Part shown: positions 1 through 13,306 of the stretch, piece by piece
Numbering within the stretch: position 1 is the stretch's first letter
Layout: every line of letters begins with the position of its first letter
Source of the DNA: Antedon mediterranea
Lineage: Eukaryota > Animalia > Echinodermata
Direction of reading: 5' to 3'
DNA length: 64,000 bases
Assembly: GCF_964355755.1 (NCBI RefSeq)
Contig: NC_092674.1
Coordinates: 3,038,001-3,102,000, forward strand
Notes under the pieces: generated by a model
Seen by the model: only the letters and a program-made list of their open reading frames with translations
The model's database searches: none
Told to the model about the DNA's origin: nothing
Made by a program: the position numbers and the translations under genes

Positions 1-551
1 AAATGATTGCTAAACCCCGCAAACCTCCAAAAAAATATAGCAAACCCCACCGAACCAACATAAAAGTGATTGAATCATGTAGTGTACAACCCACTGGCTA
101 TATCCATGTAAACAAAAAATTTAATTTCTACTGTTAACTACTTATTTTTGGGGTAAAACATCATTTTTTGGTCAAAAATGATTGCTAATTTTTAACCAAA
201 AAATGATGTTTTATCCCCAAAAAAGTAGTTAACAGTAGAATTTTAATAATTTATATACCCAGTGGGTCGTACACTACATTATTCAATCACTTTTATGTTG
301 GTTCGGTGGGGTTTGCTATGGTTTTTTGGAGGTTTGCGGGGTTTAGTAATCATTTTTTATTTGAAAAAATGATGTTTTACCCCAAAAATAAGTTGTTAAC
401 AGTAAAAATGTATTTTTTTTTTTACATTGATAAACCCAGTGGGTTGTACACTACATGATTCAATCACTTTTATGTTGGTTCGATGGGGTTTGCTATATTT
501 TTTTGGAGGTTTGCGGGGGTTTGCGGGGTTTGCGGTGTTTAGCAATACCCC
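1..551. mobile_element. Right part of a foldback-type DNA element built from ~175-bp units (one forward, two inverted)
   Basis: 1-180 is the reverse complement of ~188-357 and ~363-550. The array ends in GCGGGGTTTGCGGGGTTTGCGGTGTTTAGCAATACCCC. The left end lies outside the window, so no TSD is visible. Confidence 0.6.
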
Positions 552-1727
552 AAAATATAAGATGTTTATGGTTTGTAATGCAATTGGATAAAAAATTGTT
601 TCTGGAATTTTCAAATTAAATTGTCCATATTCTTCATTGCATTCTGCTATGTCAAGTTTACATTATTGTTTGGGCCAGTACATTAATGTGAAGTATAAAT
701 ATTTCTAAAAATAGTCATAAACTAATCATTAACTAGGTAATGTATAATTCATTAAAAGTACAACATTTAACAAGCATAAAATTGTTTGACATTTCCAAAC
801 TTATTATACTGAAGAAATGTCAACTGTCATTGTCAACCAACGAGCATCAAAAAGTACAGTATATTAATTATTAAAACATTTCACAAATTGTTGTGAACAT
901 TTATAAATTAAGAGCATTACTAGGTTATCCCTGAGCAGCAATATGACGATGCTATGATGAGTCATAACACAGGATGTTTGCCTTAGGCCCCAGGAAAACT
1001 TGCAGCCCATTATAAGAGGAAGTGATCTTTCAAAGTTGTACAGTACGAAACGAAATATTCTACTTTAAAAAAAATAGGTATTTCATTTATCATATCAAAA
1101 TATTAGTCTGCAATTCACAGGAAGAAAAAACAATCCAATATATTAAATATGATTTAACAGTAAAGCTTGATGACTATCATTTTCAATAATAAAATACTAA
1201 AGCAGATAGTTTGTTGTAGAATTAGTATCTTATAGGGTTTTGTTAATCTTCTGTATCATTCACCTATTTCACCATCTCTCATACAAATACTGTAGGTTTT
1301 GTAACAGCTTCTATCCAGCTGCCATTCGGGCACTGAATGCTTGTCAGTATACGAGAGACACTTTGTAATTGTTAATTTTTCCTCAGAGAAAACATAATTT
1401 CTAGTATATTTTATATGCAAATGACAATAAATTAAAGTAATTTTCCACTGATGAATGAATACATGAATGTTATAAACAAATCGAGGAGCTCTCCACATTG
1501 ACATTTGGCTACTGTACAGTACTAGTAGCAGGAAACTTTAAATTTTACAAGCAGCTACTGTAACATCTTTTACAGTAGCAGACTATTTTTAACCGTTACA
1601 TGATATTAATAAAAACCACAGTATTTGGAGGGAATAAGCCCACCCAAAGGAAATGGGCTAGCCATTAACATATTCATGATTGGGACAAGTTTATCTGTTA
1701 AAATCAAACTTAACTTTTTAAACTTAC

Positions 1728-2015
1728 CGGTAATTGGAAAGCTACTATGGAGTCATCCAACATTTGAACTTTCAGTGGCATAAGTTTCCCTTTACGAGCA
1801 GACAAAGAACGATTCGACTGCAACGTTCCAGGCTCCGATCTTGCAGTACTGTACGAGTGTGTAGGTGTTATGCTAGGGGTGTACCCATACGAATAATTCT
1901 GCTCAGGCTCACTAAGATGGTCTTGACTGTCGGCAGATAAAGTATGATTCCCAGCGTTATATGACGCCGAGGTAGAGCCATTATACTGGCCACGATTGTC
2001 CGCTGTGTAGCTCAT
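1728..2015 (-). CDS. FARP: First coding exon of a FERM/RhoGEF/PH protein (FARP1/2-like); gene continues off the left end
   Basis: ATG 2015; donor CCG|GTAAGT after 1728. The peptide ends ...KGKLMPLKVQMLDDSIVAFQLP, matching the start of the FARP FERM domain (IQMLDDT.E.FEVP). A probable non-coding exon ends at 3108 (GAG|GTATGT). Confidence 0.75.
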
Positions 2016-4118
2016 ATTTATTTGTTAATCCTACAAAATATTGTATCAAATTTTCCCTTTAATCATTCCTGCAAAACAATAATAACAATTTAAGTGTATA
2101 TACTATAAATATGAATTCAAGCTAAAGACAAGGAAGTGATTTGTGGTTAAGTGGTTTACAAAGAACAATCATCAAAACAACAATACAGGCAACCTGACCT
2201 CATACTAAACATTTGACTAAAAAAGAATTCATTTTCTGGAAAATATAATCATATTCTCCAACATTCCAATATTTTGCAAATACTCAAATAGCTTGTTGAC
2301 ATACTTCTGTAAACCATAATATTTTATAAACAATTAACTATTTATTAACAACAGGTACCACTAGAATTTTACTTGATGGTTTATAATAATCTGTTTGTAA
2401 ATGTAATTTGCTGATTTGTCTTATTATTAGAATATTAATTAAATCAAGACTAAATAATATGAAGGCTGATACAGATAATTAATAAGTTTTCATTGGTAAG
2501 ATGTTTATTGATTTTGTGAAAAAAATATAAAATGAAACTTGTTGCGTTGTACATGAATAAAGTAAAGTTATGCCTACTTTTGATAGCTAAACAAAGATCA
2601 TGTACCAAAATAAAGCATATAGATAAACTTCGAGACTCTTAGACCTGTTCTGTGCATGGCTGGCCTAGGCCTACCCTTTTTAGATAGAGTTTTATGATGG
2701 ATTTCTAAACTACTCACTTCACTTTCGCTCATCAAAACAAAATGAAATAATATACCATTTTTTAAACAAAAAAAACATAAGTACTTCATCCATACAGTAA
2801 CATGGGTTATATTGTCTCCAAATCAGGTCACTCACTCCAAGAATACATAGTTAAATTTTTGGTTGGCCCTCTAGGCCTATGTTGACAAAAAAAGGAATGC
2901 GCGCCTCCAAAAAACTTTTTTTTAACCCTGCTGCCCTGAGGCTGCTGCGGCGGTGGTGGTGCAAACGAACAGCCCAACAAATCAGGCGCTTGAATAAATA
3001 TAAAAAGCATTATAGCCTAGTTTCAAGAAACTATAGCATACTCCTAGAAACACACCTAGGCCTAGGCTAGTATGTAATAAAATGAATACGATTATGTTAA
3101 TACATACCTCAATGATAAATCTGTGCCCAAATTACTGTTATATTATTGTATACCACATTTCATATGATAACTTGTGGTGGTAGGCTAACTGGCTTCGCAT
3201 CATATCAACTCAACACACACGCCTTGCCTTACCCCTTGTGTATCGCATTGTTCATCGCAATTACTTCCGATTTACGTACTCCCCCTTGATTTGCAATCAT
3301 TTTAATCATTTCTTTATTCAAATTTCCTCTAAAATTCATCATGTAAATATTTTCCAAGTTCTAACAATATTGTTAATCAAAATAAAAAGTTTCCTTAGGA
3401 ATATGGCTTATTAAGTGGAAATAATAGTTGATTTACTTATTTGATATAGGGGAGTAGTCAAGTTTAGATAACTTTTAGGATTAGAGAACCGCCATAGAAA
3501 ATCTACAGGTGGCGCTGTTTATAAAAGAAACTTAGACTTGGTGCTTAAACCAAAACTAAACAAATCAAAGAAATTAATATCAAATTGCAGAGTTATTAAT
3601 AATTAACTTCATGAAGTATGCGAAATCCATAAAATTATATTTTTTAAACTTATTTTTCAGATTTATTGTGTTTGTAAAAAAAGTACTACCAATATTATAT
3701 TATATTTTTACCTGTGTAAGTTTATATTAAAATTGAATGATATAAAAAAAACTTCTATAAAAATGATGCAATAAGTGTTTGAATTTAACAAAAAAAGAAG
3801 ACAATTACCATAATGTAAATATTGTTTATTTTTTATTTTCATATATACAAAATTTACATAATATTAAACAAATTGAGTGAATTGAAACAAAATTTCAACA
3901 AACATTTTAGTCCAATTACAATTGTAGCAAATACATTCCTCTATATTTCATAGCAATTCCTATTCCTATAGATATTGAATGAGTCATTATAACATTGCAT
4001 AAGTTTTATCCTGAACTAATTTTGTTAAACATTCATTTAGTGGTTACAGTACAAGACAACATTAGTCAAATCTATCATTTTTTCTGGAAATGTTTAATTG
4101 TTTTTTAAGATATAATTT

Positions 4119-7100
4119 TCATGTTTTTATACTAAATTCTTTCATTTTATCGTTGAGGCTGGCAACAGCATTTAAACTTTCTTGGATTCCTCTCCGTCGT
4201 TCCTTGGTATCCTTCACAGACTGTCCACGTACGGCACTATACTTTAATTGAATCTGTAAGATAAATGTAATATTACTAACTTAATTATAATTCTTCGATG
4301 ACAGTCAGGTGTGTATAACATAAATAAAACTCTGTACCCTGTATTATATAACTCCAAAGGCAAATTACTGAAAAAATGACAATGCTGTGGGTAGCAGTGG
4401 CTGGATCTCAATGGAGTTACAGTACAAATTTTAAAAAATAGGAAAAAAACAATAAAGTAAAACAGCCAGAAAGAATTTGCAGAGCTTTCCGACAACACTA
4501 GTCCTTCCTATATGTGAAATAAATACAACCTCAAAACTTCTATTGTAAGTGCAAAATTTGGTGATATTTAGTTGTGGGTTTGATTTCCACTCAGAATTAC
4601 TTGCAGTGAGGTGTTGCCAAATGTACTCAGACAATGTATATAAAGTACAAGTACAGGGTAGGAAAAAATATCTGACCCGATTAGGATATTTACCTCATTT
4701 AATAATTGCACCACTTCAGGGTACTCACGATGCATCTTCTTTTTGTCCTCTAAGATCTTTTGTAAATTTTCTTCTGTTAGCAGTATGCGTTGATTCATTT
4801 CTTCAAGAACTGTTTCTACTTTCTGCGCAGAATTTTTGTAAGGTGGTTTTGCCGGGTGTTTACTCTGAAAAAAAAAATGCACACAAACATTTAAAGATAT
4901 ATTGTCCCCCTGAAAAAATAATTTACAACAATTATTTGGAATATGACATTTTAATGTCACAGTTTTTTTATTAAATAGAGCAATTATCCCAGAAGACAAT
5001 TAAAATATCTCAGATCCTCATTATCATAAATTTTCTTTTAAAATGCAACCACCAAGGTTTGTGAAACTTGACTGTCTTGGACTTACTTTTTTATATGGCT
5101 CAAATGGTTTTTGTATCCTATCAATACTGACTGTGTTCTGGAACTGACTCTCTTGTTTAAGAGCCAGCCTTAGCGATCTTAGGTTACTTTGCACATCTGA
5201 CGTGACCTTCACATCTGGGTCATCCGTAGCATCCAAAAACGTCTCAAACCCTTTGAACTTTTGAGCGACATCTTTGGAAGTTTTACGTATTTTCTCTTTC
5301 TTCTTTGGTTTTTTTTTTGTTTGCTTCATCGGTTTTTCTTCCGTGTGTTTCTCCTCCTCTTGATCATCCACCTTTGATCAACAAATAAATTTCCCTATTT
5401 AAAATACTGTATTCATTCTCACAACAAGCACCTTCCGAGTTTTAAAGCTAAAACGGTAAGCTAAAGCTCTATTACACTATCAAACATCATAATGTCATAA
5501 AAGGGGCACCTCACATTTTGTTGTCACATAAAGTTTGATAGTGTGAACAGAGCTTAAATCACTACTCTTACCTGAGTTAAGAATACAGGTTCATCTAACA
5601 GCTCAGTCTTTTGCAAGTTGTCTTCAACATCTTTCTGGCTGCCAAAATTCTCTTCATTCCACGATTTAGTTCGTTCAAATTTATCATCAAAGTTTTCATG
5701 GTAACCAGCTGGTTCGGTCTTTGGTCGATCCTTGTCAGAGATTGGTGGAAGAGGTTGATTATCAAACGGTGATCCTTGTCGACTTGGTGGTTTGGGTTCT
5801 GGAAGAGCTTTTTGTTTTGGAGGAGCTGCTAGCATGTATTCAACTGGTCTTTTTGGCAGGGGTCTCGCTACTTCTGTTACCTTTCGATGTGATTTCACTG
5901 GAACTTTGATGGTAGGCTTCTTACTTGGTTTGTTACCTTTCTGTCTTACCATTTGTATGCCAAGACGATCGCTCAGGTAGCGTTTTAATAAAGGCGGATC
6001 TCCACTTTGTTGTGTGGTGAGTGGGTTATCGTTTATTATTAGTTCTGAGAGTAATGGCCAGGCTGCTACTGCTAACAAGCCTTCCTCATCACAAATCTAC
6101 ATAATAAAAAGCAATTTAAAGGTACTGCAGTTTATCATGATCATTGAATCCAGGGACGGATCCAGCATTATAGATTAGGAGGGGCTAAATATTTCATAAA
6201 TTATAAAAACGATTCGTTGGCTTTAAAAAGACATGGCTGTTAACTTTTAGTGGGTGGGGGGGGGGGGGTTAAACCTGTTTAGCCCCGCCTAAATCCGTGC
6301 CTGGAATATAAATTGTTATTTTTATTATACACCTTGCCTTGCATATGTTTGTTCTGTTTCTGTTTTGCTTGTTAACATCATTAAAGTAGGTAACAAATTA
6401 TATTCTCTCTGAACGAAGTAAAATTGTAGACCATCTAATTAATTTACTTTTGAAGTATTTTGCTTTTTAAAAATATTTATACTCGATACATTAAGAAAAT
6501 GGTTAGAACATCTGCATATCAAGCAGAAGATTTCAGGTTTGAATCTCGGTTGGGGGTGACTTTTTTTTTTGGCTCCTCTTTACACACATACATATTGTAT
6601 TGTATTGTACTATATATTTATTTATGTATGATGATGTGAATAAAGTTGGTAATTTTTCTCATTCTCTCATTTTCCTCATCTCATCGTTTTAAATTAATTA
6701 ATACATTTTCAGTATTAGAATTTGTTCTGTGCCTGTTGTGTTTATATATAATAATGAACCAATTTATCCATAAAAAGATGAAGTGCATGAAAAACAGAGT
6801 GTGTTATCTTGTGTCACATATTCCAGTCCTAATTTCTCTCAAATAATTATCATACCTATAATTACCTTATTAAATGCTAAGCTGAGGTGTTGTAGTTCAG
6901 GAAATGGTGGTGGTAAATCCAGAGGCGGGGGGGTTTTACAATTCGATAATGATGCATCATCCTTGCTCTTGCCTGTGTCAGGAGTTTTACTTCCTCCTCT
7001 GCTCGAAGCACGTCCACTTTTCGGTCTCCGTTTACCAGACTTTGGAGTTGATACTGCGGATGATGTTTCGCTATTAAATCCACTTTTATCCAAAGCTCGT

Positions 7101-10100
7101 AAATGCGGAATGGAATATATATCATTTTTGTCTAAATTCAAACGCTTCAATCTACATTAAAACAATTTTCAGATTTTAGACTCAAAATAATCAAATAGGA
7201 AAATGGAGGGGTTTTGGTGTTGTAAATGGATGAGAGTGAATATATCAAAATATGTATTTGGGGTGGAGTTGAATTTGAGAACTTATAAAGCTAGTTGACA
7301 AAAGAGTGTGATATACCCAAATATGGTAGTGATATGATAAGTTTGATAGAGTAGACAGAGCTTTAGAATTTGTTCTCAAGTTCAATTCTTTTTAAAGATA
7401 GTGCAGACATAGACAGGATTTGAACCTAATACTCTGGCATCAGTAGCCGAGCATCTAAGCGATCAAATGTCACTGGAATCATTAAATTAGTAACAATTGT
7501 GCTTACTTTTTAAGACTGGCTAAACTTGCAAATGTGGTAATATCAGTCAGTTTGTTGTCATCAAGAAAAAGAATTTCAAGATTGTCAAATCTAGGAAGTA
7601 ATGCTGGCTCATTATTTCTGCAAAAAAAAATTAATAAAATAAAAAGCAAATCCTCTCTTCTTATCAAACACAATGAAATAAACAAATGATTTATACAGTA
7701 TTACTTTAAGGCAGCAACCAAATCTAATCAATGAATAATAGTGATGAAACTGTAGCCTGGTGGTGATATACAGTACATCGTTACCAAGTTCTAATGTTCA
7801 GACTGGTGCCACTGTTGCATCTTGCACCCACCCAAGGGGCTGACATCAACAGTAATTGATTGATATTGACAAATTACTGATAACATCAACCCTTGAGTAG
7901 GTACAAAAAAACGACGCTCATTTCACGAAGACAGGAGATGAGATGGACCAGTACACCAGGGTAACTCTTCCGAAAGATGCCGTTGGTTCTTCAAAGTGCA
8001 CACAAGATGTGTACCCTGGACTTCCAGTTTTAAGCTGAGATGTCTATCACCTGAACTATAGCAGTGGAGAGCCTTGAAACCGTGTCAATGTATGGCTGTG
8101 GTTTAAATGCTCAGCCTCTTGACTTGAAAGAAACTAGCTAACACTTTCCTGCAAAACCAAAGACCGGAACAATTATGAAAACTTACTCGACTTCAATTGT
8201 GTGTGGACGGGCCATCTCTCCTGGAAGACTTCTAATCTGGTTGCCCGTCAGGTAGAGCACCTTAAGTTTTGGAAGAACACCAATTTTAAGAACATCATCA
8301 GGAGACAAGTTGTTGTACGAAACATCAAGCACCTAAGTTTACAAAAAAAAGATATTGAACAAAGAAAGAAGAAAAATAATACTGAATACATACTGAACCT
8401 ATAAATGGAAATATAGCAGTATGAAGAAATACATCACACATTGCATAAACAAAATTTAATTACTGCAGTGACTGCAGTAGAATAATTTTTACATGGTCCC
8501 TTAATTAAAAAAAAAAATTACATAATGTAAATGTGATTTACCTCCAAGAAAGGAAAGTCTTCTAATTGAATTTTCACATTTCTTATTGCATTCAGTGGCA
8601 GCTCCAACTCTCTTAGAATAGGAAAATCACTGAAACATTCTGAATATAAAAAAACAACACATAAACGTTAACAAAGTACTATCAATATTTGATACTAATA
8701 TAAAATGTCTGTGTCTATTTCAAACACTACTAGTACTATGATTAAATAGTTACTGTAGCGTACAATGCAAACTCATACAATTGTTGCTATGGACACAACT
8801 TAACATAATGTACTACCTGGTTACCAGGATGTTAAACACACGCCTATGCGATGTATATAAAGCTTTGTCTACACTATCAAATTTTATGTGACAAAAAAAT
8901 GTGATGTGCCCATATATGGACATTATGATGTCATATCACTACCATATTTGGGCACGTCACACTTTTTTTTGTCAAACTAATTTGATAGTGTAGAAAAGCT
9001 AAGTTATGTGAACCACATCAAACAATGTTGCCACAAATTATGTTTCACAATCGCAGAGATATAAATTATTACTTATATTTTTTTTTGTATTCAAAAAATA
9101 TTCTGAAAATGTGGTCAGGGTGATGAAAATTAAATGTTCAGAATTTGTTTAAAATAGCAAATATAGTATTTAGTACTTGTTGTATATTTAAATAAAGTCA
9201 CCATTAGAATGATTATGCTTTAATCTCAGCCTTACGCCTGATGATTGAAGAGAGATTTTTATCTTCTTCATGAAATTCAATTCAATTCAACTTTATTTAT
9301 TCATAGAGGCCCAGATCAACCAACACATAATTGTTCTTCTGTGGGCCCTGTGGGGACGTGCATCAACCAAAAATACAATACAATTTCAACAATGTTTTTA
9401 CAATATTATGTACAGTATATAAATATATATATATATTTCAAAATTTCTAATAAAGTTTATGTTTAAATGATTATATTGTCGTAGAAATATAGAAATATAG
9501 AAATATAGAAATATAGTATGTAGAGTGCAATAGAATGCACGCATAGACAATTTTAACTTTATTCAATGACTTGTATTTAAACTAGCTATTCAGTTTTATA
9601 CTGAATAATTAGCAACTTTGGAATCAAATCATTAAAGAAAATCATTTTATTTATGACTTTGTCAATACAAAACACCTCAATACTTAATTATCAAACAGAG
9701 GTCCATTATATACACTCTTGCAATAAAATAACTATAAACTTTTGATACGTTCGATGACTTGCATATTTGCATGATTAAGTAAGCGCCAATTGTGATTTCA
9801 AAAACCGCTTCGGTTGTAAGCTCTCTAATCATTAAAAAGCAAACTATTTTTAGATATGATAATCATTAAGGAAATTTTGCAAATTAAACAATATTCTAGA
9901 GAAGCCACAACAAAGTTTAAGGCTTCTGTGTTATTACTATATTCATTCACAAGATCCATGTAGGGGGCCTAGTTGATAGGTAATTAATTTTACTCCTTGG
10001 ATACAGAAACTGGAACAACCTGGTGAACAATATATTTGAATGCTATTGATAGAAAGCATCTTTTATTTTTAGACCTCCTTGAAGAGAAGCAGGAGGCTTG

Positions 10101-11074
10101 TTTACGAGTAAGGTATTAAAATGATGGTAATTGACATGATTGGACAATGTGCGTTTTTTGCAGCCTACAAAATTATCCGAGTACAGTACAACACATATAA
10201 TACCGCATTTGACCAAGGGGGTCCTGGATGCGATATTTCTTTTCGTACATAAGTTGGGGACCCCTCGTGAAACGTCACACAATAAACATGAATATTCATT
10301 AGTCATATCCATAAGGTGTGACGTAAGAATTGAGCTAACTACAATTCGCTAATGCAAACGATTTCTGTCGAGCCGTCTGTGTAGTCGAGTGGATAAGACT
10401 ATGGACTTTACATGTCGATGTATGGGGTTCGACTCCCATGAGCTACCTCTTTTTGCTTTATAGTGAGAGAGCGATTATTCAGAGGGTTAGGTTTAGTTAT
10501 ATTTAGAAAGTAGTTCGGCTATCTTTCACATGGGATCCCCAACTTATGTACGAAAAAAAAAATCGCGTCCTGGATATGTAATTAGGGAGTGGGATTTATA
10601 TTTGGATTTTATTAACAATAAAATTGAGTAAAGTATTGTGTCCACATTATATTTTCATCAGAACAGAAAACAACAATGTCAACAAGACATTTTAAGGCAG
10701 TTTGCCTATTTATGAAATGCCTCACAATCGTTATTTTAACTCAAAAGTTTGGTGGAATCATACATGATTTATCTAATATATAATATTTAATATTTTTAAA
10801 AGGTTTATGAAACATAAAATAAAGCTCTGTCTGCACTATCACAGAATTTATGTGACAAAATAATTTGATGTGGCCATATATTTATTATTATTATTATTAT
10901 TATTATATTTATTTATTTATTTATTTATTTATTTTATTTTATTTCCAAACCCAACCAACAGCAAAAAGAAATTCGCCAATAACACAATGATGTCATATCA
11001 CTACTATATACTACATCATTGTGTTATTGGCGAATTTCTTTTTGCTGTTGGTTGGGTTTGGAAATAAAATAAAA

Positions 11075-11149
<75 letters not shown>

Positions 11150-12478
11150 TATGGCCACATCAAATTATTTTGTCACATAAATTCTGTGATAGTGCAGACA
11201 AATATTATGTGGGCACATCACACTTTTTTGTCAGTTGGTTTGTTAGCTTGATATGATAGTGTGGACAGAGATAAAGAAGCTGTTGTTACCTAAGCTGAGC
11301 AGGTTCTCTCCTGCATTCACATACGCCACATTATCAAACAGAGCAAAATCTTCTGATTTGACATCGGTCAATTCTTGACCTGCTATGTTAACAGAACAAA
11401 GGTCAGAAGGGTCTCCAACTGCGCAATGTTTCATCTATGTATAAATATAAAAGTTGTTAAATCATTTTATGTATGAAAAGCACAACATGCTAAATATTGC
11501 TGTAATGTATTATTTTAAATTTCAGAAGAGAAAAAAAAGTTTAAAATATAAATAATTAGATTAATATTATATTCAAACTTTTTTTGTAAAATTATTTGTT
11601 ATAAATAAATTCAAGATATCGTTGATTGGATTGGTTGGTCAAATAAATCATTTTTATTAAATTTTTATTAGGTTGTGTTAGATAAATTAAAAAAAAAATT
11701 AATTCAGGAACTAACCAAAAAGAAGCCATCAAGTATGCCCTCACTGACACCATCTTCCTGGTGTATTTCAGTGTGTCCCTTCCATCGTTCTTTAGTTTCT
11801 TTTTCTTTTCGTTCTTTTTTTATCTGTTCATATGTTTTTGGCGTCGGGCAGAGTAGCGCTTGGAACGTTCTACGTTGCTCTGCTTTGTGAGCCACGTACC
11901 ATGCACCGGAAGCTACTGGAGATAATAATAATAAAACCATCATGAAATTGATAGAGAAGAAAAGAATGTTTGCTCCAATTCAACTATTATTTATTAAATA
12001 TTATTAATTTAAATTACTATCATTTTACATTTATCATAGTAAACATTAGGCCTATATTTAAACTAAAGTAAACATTGCATATCAAGGCCTTCCTCTATCC
12101 TCTTCTCTCAGAGCTAGTCCCAGTGGTGGCTTAAACAGGACAAACTCAACATTAAAGATCTTTTATCCTTCCTGGTTGTTTGGTACAAACAAATCAAAAC
12201 ACAAATACATACTGAGGCCCTACTACTACTACTACTACTAGCCTATACAGGGTATACAAAATCAACAGCAGCAGCAGCAGGCGCGCGTAGCCTACATTTT
12301 TTGCGTACAGACGGCTACGTTACTCTGAAAATCAATTGAAAAATACATTTTATAAGTTGAACAATATATATCATTACTTACCATCATCAACTCCTTTTAA
12401 TATTGTTCGAACAGGGAAGCAATTGCCGACAAAATAGCCAGTGCCTTCATCTAATTTGACGCCAGCAGGCACCGCCAT
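4119..12478 (-). CDS. XRRA1: X-ray radiation resistance-associated protein 1 (LRR protein), 11 exons, ~732 aa
   Basis: Exons 12478-12382, 11915-11716, 11434-11290, 8639-8542, 8332-8187, 7617-7507, 7151-6866, 6096-5572, 5371-5087, 4864-4694, 4253-4119. All GT-AG and phase-consistent (2199 nt). Motifs KLDEG..NCFP.R, KHC....PSDLCSVN, YVNAGENLL, LRRs (LDVSYNNLS, LYLTGNQI, LFLDDNKL) and NPLTT...GDPPLL match XRRA1 as recalled. Confidence 0.9.
5465..5554. mobile_element. Harbinger-type MITE family A (short copy)
   Basis: AGCTCT.T.ACACTATCAAAC ... GTTTGATAGTGTG.ACAGAGCT flanked by TAA on both sides. Confidence 0.7.
6151..6303. mobile_element. Small CAG-ended (hAT-like) MITE
   Basis: CAGGGACGGATCC ... 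ATCCGTGCCTG with near-duplicated flanks GAATC/GAATA and internal GGGGCTAAA/TTTAGCCCC. Confidence 0.5.
7760..8120 (-). mobile_element. Degenerate Deu/Nin-domain-like SINE remnant
   Basis: GC-richer intronic block containing GGTTCTTCAAAGTGCACACA...GGACTTCCAGTTTTAAG, resembling the reverse complement of the Nin/Deu SINE core as recalled. Boundaries approximate. Confidence 0.4.
8862..9000. mobile_element. Harbinger-type MITE family A
   Basis: TIRs AGCTTTGTCTACACTATCAAA / TTTGATAGTGTAGAAAAGCT with TAA flanks; internal ATATCACTACCATATTTGGGC. Confidence 0.75.
10222..10574. mobile_element. Inverted-repeat element (~50-bp arms) enclosing a tRNA-derived segment
   Basis: Arms at 10222-10272 and 10524-10574 (TTCGTACATAAGTTGGGGA / TCCCCAACTTATGTACGAA). 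Internal A-box 10382-10392 and B-box GGTTCGACTCC 10426-10436. Confidence 0.6.
10828..11200. repeat. Long near-perfect inverted repeat (~170-190-bp arms, 19-nt spacer) inside a MITE-A copy
   Basis: 10828-10993 is the reverse complement of 11013-11200, apart from microsatellite length. Confidence 0.9.
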
Positions 12479-12529
12479 TACATCCTCAACAACCACGGCC
12501 GGCAGCAGCAACCGTAACTGCGATCTTTT

Positions 12530-12579
12530 TGTTTACACGTCGCCATGGAAACTGCCGGGAGTTTATGATCATTGTTTAC
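12530..12579. promoter_or_regulatory. XRRA1 promoter: RFX X-box flanked by two forkhead (FOXJ1-type) sites
   Basis: GTCGCCATGGAAAC at 12539-12552; TGTTTAC at 12530-12536 and 12573-12579; 50-100 bp upstream of the ATG. Confidence 0.65.
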
Positions 12580-13306
12580 ATTGTCACACTAAATTCCCAT
12601 TCTACTCTACTCTCTATTATGATTATATCGAGGAAATACAGTCAAAAGAAAATAATTGTATGTTAAGATTAAGAACATTTATTCTTCACAAACATTTACT
12701 TATCGCTGTAGCAAACAAAGGGAGGTAGGCTAGGCCTATTATTATGAATCTTTCTTTGGAGAAAAATCAAATCTATTATTATTTATAATTTAGTATTATA
12801 ATTAAGTTTACCATTTACCAGGGAGTTATTATACTAAGTACATTAAAAAAAATAGATACATTTTTATTTTATTTGTTTTTAATCAATAATGTCCACTTTA
12901 TTATTATAGACGTAACATGCCACTGTTATACCTCCCCCACCCTAATGTATGTTTAATTACTATTGATTATTTTACTTTTTAAAATAAAATGAAGGAGAAA
13001 ATATGTGTATTTTTTTTTGTGAGTAGCGACAGTAGGCCTACACAGATACTGTATTTATTCGAATAAACGCTTCCCTCATAATTTTTTATTTCCTCGAATA
13101 AAACCTCGCCACATAAATACTCAATATTGTATTACAACACATTTCTATTTGTTTGTAGTAGAATTCATTAGTATGATGACATGATGATGAAAAGCATTGT
13201 GATTGAATTTTTACTGTATTTTACTTCTCGATATTAATTTATATAGGTCTGCTGCAGCTTGTTTGTTTATCTGTAGGGGTGGGGGTATTTATTTGATTAT
13301 ACCTAC

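Noticed and set aside
396-614. 72-aa ORF with PANPANPRKPPKK
   Set aside because: Translation of the terminal repeat of the foldback element.
10370-10449. tRNA genes (also ~6500-6560, ~7410-7460, ~40005-40070, ~51700-51770, ~53770-53870)
   Set aside because: A/B boxes are present but acceptor and anticodon stems do not pair; these are SINE-derived remnants.
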